Part shown: positions 57,012 through 64,000 of the stretch, one piece after another | Layout: each line of letters opens with the position of its first letter | Numbering within the stretch: position 1 is the stretch's first letter | Source of the DNA: Hyphomonas sp. | Lineage (GTDB): Bacteria; Pseudomonadota; Alphaproteobacteria; Caulobacterales; Hyphomonadaceae | Assembly (NCBI RefSeq): GCF_013823385.1 | Contig: NZ_PNMA01000001.1 | Coordinates: forward strand, 288,135 to 352,134 | Length of the DNA stretch: 64,000 nucleotides | Direction of reading: 5' to 3' | Notes under the pieces: generated by a model | The model's input: the letters and a program-made list of their open reading frames with translations, nothing else | Told to the model about the DNA's origin: nothing | The model's database searches: none | Position numbers and translations under genes: made by a program

Positions 57012-58034
57012 ATGACCGTGGAGCGGCGGCGCATTGGAGACCGGCAGGTGCATCCTGTGGGCCTTGGCTGCATGAACATCATGCATTCTTATGGTCCGCC
57101 TGCAGATGAAGGCGAGGCGAAAGCCCTGCTCTTGCGGGCGCTGGATATCGGCTGTGATTTTCTCGATACGGCGACGATCTATGGCCTTGGCCGGAGCGAG
57201 GAGCTGATCGGAGAGACGCTGGGCAAGCGGCGGCAGGAATATTTCCTGGCGAGCAAGTGTGTGCTGGGCTTCAAGGAAAAGCAGCGCACGCTGGATGGGC
57301 GGCCCGAAGCGATCAAGGCGGCGTGCGAGGCGAGCCTGAAACGGCTGCGCACCGATGTGATTGATCTCTACTATCTTCACCGGCCTGACCCGAAAGTTCC
57401 GGTTGAGGAGTCCGCTGGCGCGATGGCTGATCTCATCCGTGAGGGGAAGACCCGCTTCTATGGCCTGTCGGAAATGGGGGAAGATCAGCTGCGCCGGGCG
57501 CATAAGGTGCATCCCGTGGCGGCGCTGCAGTCTGAATATTCGCTGTGGGTGCGCAATCCGGAGATTGCCGTGCTGGACGCGTGCCGGGAGCTTGGCGTGG
57601 CCTTTGTGGCTTTCTCGCCGGTCGGGCGCGGGTTCCTCGCCGATCCGCCGGCGGACCCGGCGAGCTTCCACGAAGCCGATATGCGCAACGTGCTGTTCCC
57701 GCGTTTTGCTGACGAGAATTATCCCGCAAACCTGCCCTTGCTTGAAACGGCGCGGGTGGTGGCCGGGGAAGCAGGATGCAGCGTGGCGCAGATGGCGATC
57801 GCCTGGACCATGGCCAAGGGCGGCCATGTTCTGCCCATTCCGGGCACACGGAGCATCCCGCATCTGGAAGAGAACCACAACGCCGCGAAGGTTCGTCTGA
57901 CGGCGGAGCAGGTGGCGCGGCTGGACGCAGCCTTCGCGCCGGAGCGGGCTGTCGGGCCGCGCTACACGCCTGCCGGGCAGGCAAGCGTGACGACCGAGAT
58001 GTTCGACTTCGAGAAAGCCCGGCATGGCGGATAA
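57012..58034 (+). CDS. Aldo/keto reductase
   Basis: GLGCM, DTATIYG, SKC, DLYYLHR, GLSE, and PIPGT. Confidence 0.93.
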   Translation: MTVERRRIGDRQVHPVGLGCMNIMHSYGPPADEGEAKALLLRALDIGCDFLDTATIYGLGRSEELIGETLGKRRQEYFLASKCVLGFKEKQRTLDGRPEAIKAACEASLKRLRTDVIDLYYLHRPDPKVPVEESAGAMADLIREGKTRFYGLSEMGEDQLRRAHKVHPVAALQSEYSLWVRNPEIAVLDACRELGVAFVAFSPVGRGFLADPPADPASFHEADMRNVLFPRFADENYPANLPLLETARVVAGEAGCSVAQMAIAWTMAKGGHVLPIPGTRSIPHLEENHNAAKVRLTAEQVARLDAAFAPERAVGPRYTPAGQASVTTEMFDFEKARHGG

Positions 58035-58680
58035 GCCGCCCGTTGCGCTGGAGGATCGCGGCGAGAGCGGGGATGGGCGGCGCTTTTCCCCCTCCACCGC
58101 GCGCAACCGTGAGCCGATACGCGACGTGCTGAAGGCGCATCTGGCGCTGCCCGCGCACGTTCTGGAGATAGCGTCCGGAACTGGGGAGCATGGCGCATTC
58201 CTGGTTGCGGAACTGCCCGGCCTGTATTGGACCTATTCCGACATCGACCCGCCAAGCCTTGAGAGCCAGCGCGCCTGGCGGGCCGCCGCGCAATTAGACC
58301 GCTTACAAGGGCCGCTGATTATCAACGCCGCTGACAAAGACTGGGGCGCAGCGGAGCAGGCGGGCACGTGGGACGCTGTATTCAGCGCCAACATGGTTCA
58401 CATCGCGCCGTTTGAGGCGGCAGAAGGACTGATAGCGGGGGCGGGGCGGTTGCTGAAGCCCGGCGGCGCCCTGGTGCTTTACGGGCCGTTTGCGCGCAGC
58501 GGCGTGATCGCGCCTTCAAATGCTGCCTTTGATGAGAACCTCAAGAGCAGAGATGCCCGGTGGGGCGTGCGGGATCTTGATTTGGATCTCGCGCCGCTGG
58601 CGCAGGCGGCGGGGTTGCGGCTCGATGCTGTCATCGAGATGCCCGCGAACAATCTGATGGCGGTCTTCCGGAAGGCTTAA
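58024..58680 (+). CDS. SAM-dependent methyltransferase-like (DUF938)
   Basis: SPSTARNREPI, VLEIASGTGEH, NMVHI, LYGPF, WGVRD, and MPANN. Confidence 0.88.
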   Translation: MADKPPVALEDRGESGDGRRFSPSTARNREPIRDVLKAHLALPAHVLEIASGTGEHGAFLVAELPGLYWTYSDIDPPSLESQRAWRAAAQLDRLQGPLIINAADKDWGAAEQAGTWDAVFSANMVHIAPFEAAEGLIAGAGRLLKPGGALVLYGPFARSGVIAPSNAAFDENLKSRDARWGVRDLDLDLAPLAQAAGLRLDAVIEMPANNLMAVFRKA

Positions 58681-58720
58681 ACCATCCGTATGCGGCGGGA
58701 CCAAATGGCCCCGCCACTGT

Positions 58721-60460
58721 TTACTCCTTGCCGCCGCCGAAACGCTCGGTCCATTCGGCGACATGCGTGTCCTCGATCTTCTGGAAGAGGACGTCTGGCG
58801 GGGTGATGGCATGGCCACGCGGAAGCGCATCGAGCAGGGCCGCAAAGTCCTCCGCTTTTGAGCCGCTGGGCATCTTGCGGTTTTCTTCCGGAATGCCGAG
58901 GGCATCGAGGATTTTCTTGGCCGCGTCCGGTATGATCGGCTGAGCGATGATGCCGAAGAGGGCAGCAAGATTGATGCCCGCGCGCACGCCGACAGCGGCG
59001 GCGTCCACATCATTCTTGTACTTCACCCAGGGCTCCGCCTTGGTGAGGTATTCATTACCGGCCGCCCAGATGGCACGCGTTTCGGCAGCCGCCTTGCGGA
59101 ACTCCATGGCTTCGTAGAACTCGACAAGGCGCGGCAGGCGCTCGGCCAGCTCGTTTGCCATCCAGGCTTCGGCCTCACCGGAAACGCCAGCCTCAGGAAC
59201 CTTGCCGTCGAATTTCGAGGCGCAGTATTTGGTGATCCGGTTGATGAAGTTGCCGAGCACGTTGGCAAGATCGGAGTTCACCGCCGCCTGAAAGCCTTCC
59301 CAGGTGAAGGCGGCGTCGGAGCCTTCCGGCGCGTTGGAGATGAGATACCAGCGCCAATAGTCAGACGGCAGAAGGCTGAGGGCCTGATCCATGAACACGC
59401 CGCGCTTCTGGCTGGTGGAGAACTTGCCGCCATACCAGGTGACCCAGTTGAAGGCCTTGAGCTTGTCGACGGTTTTCCAGGGCTCGCCGGAGCCGAGCAG
59501 GGTGACCGGGAAACTGACCGTGTGGAAGGCCACGTTGTCCTTGCCCATGAACTGGACATATTCGGTCTGGTCTGCGCCCTTGTCGGTGAGCCAGAGTTTC
59601 TCCCAGTCATTGCCGGTGGCTTCGGCCCATTCCTGCGTCGCGGAGATGTAACCGATCGGCGCGTCGAACCAGACATAGAAGACCTTGTTCTCGAAGCCTG
59701 GGCGCGGATTGCCGTCCACGTCGGTGACCTTTACGCCCCAGCTGAGATCGCGGGTGATCGAGCGGGCGATCAGGCCTTCATCGAGCCATTTATTGGCGAT
59801 GGAAACTGCCAGAGAGGGCCAGTTCTTCCCCTTCTCGTTGACCCATTCGCGGATGCGGCCCTGCATGCCAGTCTGGAGCAGGTAGAGGTGGTCAGTATCC
59901 CGGATCTCGATATTCCGGCTGCCCGTAACCGCCGAGTAGGGATTGATCAGATCAACGGGATCGAGGAGGCGGCCGCAGCTGTCGCACTGGTCGCCGCGCG
60001 CTTTTTCATAGCCGCAATGCGGGCAGGTGCCTTCCACGTAACGGTCCGGCAGGAAACGGCCGTCATCGACGGCGTAGACCTGTTTGGAGGTACGCACTTC
60101 AATCAGGCCATTCTTCTCCAGCTGCTGGGCGAGATGCTGGGTGATCTTGTGGTTTGCCGGGCGCGAGGTGCGGCCGAACCAGTCGAAGGAGAGGTTGAAG
60201 CCTTCACCGGCCTTGCGCTGGATTTCGTATTGCTCGTCGCAATAGGCCTGCACGGTCTGACCAGCAGCCTGTGCGGCGAGTTCGGCCGGGGTACCGTGTT
60301 CATCGGTGGCGCAGATATAGGTCACCTCATGGCCCATCAGTCGCATCACGCGGGCGTACACGTCTGCCGGAAGCATCGAGCCGGCAAGGTTGCCGAGATG
60401 CTTCACGCCGTTGATGTAGGGCAGGGCCGAGGTGATGAGGATGCGCCGTTGCTGGGTCAT
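58721..60460 (-). CDS. metG: Methionyl-tRNA synthetase
   Basis: TSALPYINGVKHLGN, CATDEHG, CPHC/CDSC knuckle, YVWFDA, and KFSTS. Confidence 0.97.
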   Translation of the reverse strand: MTQQRRILITSALPYINGVKHLGNLAGSMLPADVYARVMRLMGHEVTYICATDEHGTPAELAAQAAGQTVQAYCDEQYEIQRKAGEGFNLSFDWFGRTSRPANHKITQHLAQQLEKNGLIEVRTSKQVYAVDDGRFLPDRYVEGTCPHCGYEKARGDQCDSCGRLLDPVDLINPYSAVTGSRNIEIRDTDHLYLLQTGMQGRIREWVNEKGKNWPSLAVSIANKWLDEGLIARSITRDLSWGVKVTDVDGNPRPGFENKVFYVWFDAPIGYISATQEWAEATGNDWEKLWLTDKGADQTEYVQFMGKDNVAFHTVSFPVTLLGSGEPWKTVDKLKAFNWVTWYGGKFSTSQKRGVFMDQALSLLPSDYWRWYLISNAPEGSDAAFTWEGFQAAVNSDLANVLGNFINRITKYCASKFDGKVPEAGVSGEAEAWMANELAERLPRLVEFYEAMEFRKAAAETRAIWAAGNEYLTKAEPWVKYKNDVDAAAVGVRAGINLAALFGIIAQPIIPDAAKKILDALGIPEENRKMPSGSKAEDFAALLDALPRGHAITPPDVLFQKIEDTHVAEWTERFGGGKE

Positions 60461-60527
60461 GGGGCCTTTTCAGAGCCTTTCTGTTGGAGAACGCGCCTTT
60501 TAACGCTCTCGCCGGTAAAGGAAAGCT

Positions 60528-61763
60528 CTAGGCGCGGCCCCAATAGGTAACCCGCCTCAAGAGGACTTCCAAAGGCCCCCGCGCTGCAAAGCTGCGCCAG
60601 AGCCCTGTAAGGAGCAGGGAGGCAAGCCCTACGCCGAGCGCTGTCAGGATAGCCTCAGCCGCGCTCATGCGCCCGAACTGGCCCAGGCCATAGCCAGCAA
60701 AAATGAAAGAAAGAACGAGGGATTGCACCAGGTATGCCGTCAGGGAGGCAGACCCTGCGCGTGCCAGGAAGCGGCGGATAGGGCCGGGGCGGCCTTGAGA
60801 GGCCAGCGCCATGAGGCCCGCATACCCCAAGGCTGAGAAAGTTGAGAAGGTCATGAGGATCGCCGCAGCCAGCATGTACTGGCTGGAAACGATTGTTCCG
60901 GCGCGGGTCATCAGAATGGCGGCCCAGAGGCTGCCGAGCAGGCCGATGGGCAGGAACACCCAGCGCGAGAGCCTCCAGATGCGCGCCTGTGGCTGGTCAA
61001 TCACGCCGGCTTTGGCGGCGGCAAGCCCGAGGCAGAAGAACCCGAAGACAGCGATGCCCTGCTGGATCAGCACGCTGGGCAGGACGAGCGGAAGCTGCGA
61101 CAGGCGCCAGGCCGCTGCGTCCAGGAAGCTGCCCTCCGTGAAGGCGCGGATCTGCGCGGCATCGGCTGCAGGATCGCGCGCCTTGGCCATTTCTTCAGGC
61201 GCATAGGCGTCACCCGCGCCGATCAGTGCTGCGAGGAGGAAGAGGATCAGCGTGTTGAGGGCAATCAGGCCGAGTCCCAGGCGAACCAGCGAGGCCGCCG
61301 AGGCGTCGCGCAGGGTGAAAAGCAGACCGCCCAGCAGGCCGTAGGTGATCAGGATGTCGCCATGCCAGAAGAAGATGAAATGCAAGGCGCCCAGGAAAAT
61401 GAGCCCCGCCATCCGCCGGAAATAGCGCGCGCCGGCATCTGCGCCTGCGCGGTCCGCCGCCTCCAGCTGCCAGGCGAGACCTGCGCCGAACATCATCGCA
61501 AACAGCGGATAGGACTTCATCAGGAACAGGCCTGACATGGCCGTATAGGCCGCGCGGTCTGCGGGGGTCTCCAGCCCCGCGCCATAGAAGCCGTCCGTGG
61601 CCGGCGCAGCGAAGCCGGATACGTTCACCACCGCAATGCCGATCAGGGCAAAGGCGCGCAGCAGGTCTGGCATCAGGGCGCGAGGTGGGGCGGGCGGCAA
61701 TGCGGCAGGGCTTTCGAGACGTTTGCGGGCAGCAAAACAGCTCCGCCGGCCCATAGCAAGCAT
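60528..61763 (-). CDS. DUF418 (YeiB-like) membrane protein; start uncertain
   Basis: DLLRAFALIGI..VN, KSYPLFAMMFG, GDILITYG, G..SLTAYLVQS, and GPLEVLLR. Confidence 0.88.
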   Translation of the reverse strand: MLAMGRRSCFAARKRLESPAALPPAPPRALMPDLLRAFALIGIAVVNVSGFAAPATDGFYGAGLETPADRAAYTAMSGLFLMKSYPLFAMMFGAGLAWQLEAADRAGADAGARYFRRMAGLIFLGALHFIFFWHGDILITYGLLGGLLFTLRDASAASLVRLGLGLIALNTLILFLLAALIGAGDAYAPEEMAKARDPAADAAQIRAFTEGSFLDAAAWRLSQLPLVLPSVLIQQGIAVFGFFCLGLAAAKAGVIDQPQARIWRLSRWVFLPIGLLGSLWAAILMTRAGTIVSSQYMLAAAILMTFSTFSALGYAGLMALASQGRPGPIRRFLARAGSASLTAYLVQSLVLSFIFAGYGLGQFGRMSAAEAILTALGVGLASLLLTGLWRSFAARGPLEVLLRRVTYWGRA

Positions 61764-61810
61764 CGCCGGAGCAGGGCGGCGCAAGCGGGAACGCCAGTCA
61801 GAAAGCTGAC

Positions 61811-61839
61811 TTGACCGCCCCCTCCAACCCCTGTAGCCA
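61811..61839 (+). promoter_or_regulatory. Sigma70-type tRNA promoter
   Basis: TTGACC-N17-TAGCCA followed by a GC-rich discriminator. Confidence 0.55.
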
Positions 61840-61849
61840 CCGCCTAAGT

Positions 61850-61925
61850 GCCGGCTTAGCTCAGCTGGTAGAGCATCTGATTTGTAATCAGAGGGTCACG
61901 GGTTCGAGTCCTGTAGCCGGCACCA
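61850..61925 (+). tRNA. tRNA-Thr(UGU)
   Basis: 76 nt; acceptor stem GCCGGCT/AGCCGGC, anticodon stem TCTGA/TCAGA with loop TT-TGT-AA, GTTCGAGTC T-loop, and encoded CCA. Confidence 0.96.
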
Positions 61926-61978
61926 TCGACCCGCCTTCACTGCCGGTTTAAAGGGTGTGGACGCTGTAGGGGGTACTC

Positions 61979-62782
61979 TTGCGCAAGATACTGGCCGCAA
62001 CCCGGTTTTCTGAAAACTGCGCCCGCGCCCAGGCGCGCGCCATGCGTATCGCCGCCAACACAAAGGCTGAGCTGTTGCTTGTCCATGCGGGCGACGCTGC
62101 GGCGCGGGACCAGCTGAACGAGGCGGCGCGGGCGGCGGGCGCGGTAGCGCAGCTCCAAGAGGGCGATCCGGCCAAGGTTATCCTCGAGACGGCCCGCGGC
62201 GGCGAGGCGGAGTTGATTGTGGTCGGCGCGCCAGGGCGCCGCGGTTTGCGGGAAGTGCTCACCGGCACGAATGTCGAGCAGGTAATCCGGCAGAGCAACG
62301 TGCCCGTGCTTATGGCGGTCAATGCTGAGGATGTCCCCTATCGCCGCGTATTGCTGGCAACCGATTTCTCGGAGGCGTCTGTGCTGGCGGCCACCAGCTT
62401 TTTCCGGAGCGGAATAGCCGCCGGGGCGCAGGTGTCTCTCTGCAATGTTTTCGATACCCCGGCCATCCGCTTGATGACCAAGGCCGGAACCACCACGGCC
62501 AGCATTCAGCACTATATCGCCGAGCAGAGGAAAGCTTCCGCCGACACTCTGAAAACCATTGCGGATCAGATCGGGCTTGCCCACACCGGGGTCATGCCCC
62601 GCATGCAGCAGGGAACGGCGGCGCAGACATTATGTGCTGCGGCGCAGGAGATTGGCGCAGACCTCATTGTTGTGGGAACGCAGGGCCATAGCGGCATCCG
62701 GCGCTTCTTTCTCGGCAGCGTGGCCGAGGAGGTCTTGCGCCGGTCGCCGGTGGATGTGCTGGCGGTTCCCGCGCTGGCGTAA
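61979..62782 (+). CDS. Tandem-domain universal stress protein
   Basis: KILAATRFS, ELIVVGAPG, VLLATDFS, and DLIVVGTQGHSG..FLGSVAEEV. TTG start. Confidence 0.9.
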   Translation: MRKILAATRFSENCARAQARAMRIAANTKAELLLVHAGDAAARDQLNEAARAAGAVAQLQEGDPAKVILETARGGEAELIVVGAPGRRGLREVLTGTNVEQVIRQSNVPVLMAVNAEDVPYRRVLLATDFSEASVLAATSFFRSGIAAGAQVSLCNVFDTPAIRLMTKAGTTTASIQHYIAEQRKASADTLKTIADQIGLAHTGVMPRMQQGTAAQTLCAAAQEIGADLIVVGTQGHSGIRRFFLGSVAEEVLRRSPVDVLAVPALA

Positions 62783-62983
62783 GCCGCTGGCAATCGCGCT
62801 ACCGGGATAAGCAATATTCTCGCCGGAAGCCGCGCAGGACGCCGCGTCAAGGGCGCCTTACGGCCAGGTGGCTTCCTTGCAAGACACCGGAAAATGCGGC
62901 AAGCCCGCTCCATCATAAACGCCGTGACGGCGCGCAGAGTGTGCTGCGGCTGCCGCATAGGCCCATAGGCAGGAGGAGCGCGC

Positions 62984-64000
62984 GTGCGCGAAGTTCATCA
63001 TTTTGTGAACGGCAGGATGGTTGCCGGAACGTCTGGCCGGTTTGGCGATATTTACGATCCCAATACAGGCGCTATCCAGGCGCGCGTGGCGCTGGCAACG
63101 AAGGCGGAGCTCGGCGCGGCGGTGGACGCGGCAACGGCGGCGTTTCCCGGCTGGGCGAACACGAACCCGCAGCGCCGGGCGCGCGTGATGTTCGAGTTCA
63201 AGCGCCTCGTGGAAGCTAATATGGACGAGCTGGCGCACATGCTGTCTTCCGAGCATGGCAAGGTGATCGCCGATTCCAAAGGCGACATTCAGCGCGGGCT
63301 GGATGTGGTGGAGTTCGCCTGTGGTATTCCCCACCTTCTGAAGGGCGAATATACCGAAGGCGCAGGCCCCGGCATTGACGTCTATTCCATGCGCCAGCCG
63401 CTCGGCGTGTGCGCGGGCATCACGCCGTTCAACTTTCCGGCCATGATCCCGTGCTGGATGGCGGCCGTGGCGATTGCCTGCGGCAATACCTTCATCCTGA
63501 AGCCCTCGGAGAAAGACCCGTCCGTGCCGATGCGCCTGGCCGAACTGATGATGGAGGCCGGCCTGCCGAAGGGCGTGCTCAACGTCATCAATGGCGACAA
63601 GGAAGCGGTTGACGCGATCCTGACCCATCCGGACATCAAGGCGGTGAGCTTTGTCGGATCGTCCGACATCGCACAGTATGTCTATTCGACCGGCACGGCG
63701 AACGGCAAGCGCGTTCAGGCGATGGGCGGGGCCAAGAACCATGGCATCATCCTGCCGGACGCCAACCTTGAGCAGGCGGTGAAGGATATTGTCGGCGCCG
63801 CTTATGGCTCGGCCGGTGAGCGTTGCATGGCGCTGCCGGTGGCCGTTACGGTTGGCAAGAAGACGGGTGACGAGTTTGTCGAGCGGATGCTTGAGGCGGC
63901 CCGCGGCCTGAAGGTTGGCGTCTCGACCGACACGGATGCGCATTATGGACCGGTGGTTTCTGCTGCGCACAAGGCGAAGGTCGAAAGCTATATCCAGATG
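62984..64000 (+). CDS. mmsA: CoA-acylating methylmalonate-semialdehyde dehydrogenase (runs off window; absent from ORF track)
   Basis: GTG start after AGGAGGAG. Translated by hand: ITPFNFPAMIP, CGNTFILKPSEKDP, SFVGS, MGGAKNH, and GSAGERCMA. Confidence 0.93.
   Translation, partial: MREVHHFVNGRMVAGTSGRFGDIYDPNTGAIQARVALATKAELGAAVDAATAAFPGWANTNPQRRARVMFEFKRLVEANMDELAHMLSSEHGKVIADSKGDIQRGLDVVEFACGIPHLLKGEYTEGAGPGIDVYSMRQPLGVCAGITPFNFPAMIPCWMAAVAIACGNTFILKPSEKDPSVPMRLAELMMEAGLPKGVLNVINGDKEAVDAILTHPDIKAVSFVGSSDIAQYVYSTGTANGKRVQAMGGAKNHGIILPDANLEQAVKDIVGAAYGSAGERCMALPVAVTVGKKTGDEFVERMLEAARGLKVGVSTDTDAHYGPVVSAAHKAKVESYIQM

Noticed and set aside
55199-57082. 627-aa minus-strand ORF
   Set aside because: Antisense shadow of the acyl-CoA ligase.
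34055-61925. queF, sua5, rluF, metG and tRNA-Thr as a translation-modification cluster
   Set aside because: Scattered over 28 kb among unrelated genes on both strands; most likely coincidence.
62858-63970. 370-aa minus-strand ORF
   Set aside because: Shadow of mmsA, which is on the plus strand and missing from the track only because it lacks a stop in the window.
61850-64000. tRNA-Thr as an integration site for an island
   Set aside because: No integrase and no duplicated tRNA 3' end seen; the downstream genes look like ordinary chromosomal genes.

Overview
GC-rich alphaproteobacterial chromosome segment. Gene content and order suggest a Caulobacterales/Hyphomonadaceae-like organism (inference; not checked by search). 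It is mostly core genome: addB(3' end)-addA-trxA, sdaA, a gspC-N type II secretion cluster, tamA-tamB, queF, a TetR-MFP-RND efflux operon, cysE, sua5/tsaC, YceI genes, an RluF-like synthase, lepB, xseB-ispA-dxs, metG, tRNA-Thr(UGU), a USP and a partial mmsA. No integrase, transposase, prophage or CRISPR array was seen. Two signals stand out. (1) A putative phosphate-starvation module at 8.5-26.3 kb: an ElpS-like lipoprotein, a TonB-dependent receptor and the T2SS. Several 11-bp-periodic Pho-box-like arrays lie within about 1.1 kb; they also appear to control a prolyl-4-hydroxylase-like dioxygenase and overlap the promoter of a degenerate CAP protein. An uncharacterised lipoprotein sits where gspO is often found. 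(2) A dispersed repeat of GG(A/T)CA units with 10-11 bp periodicity. Its 19-bp core is identical at three sites: between queF and a nitroreductase, inside gspF (via atypical synonymous codons), and in the tail of the RluF-like gene. All regulatory and functional interpretations come from reading by eye and need computational or experimental checks.
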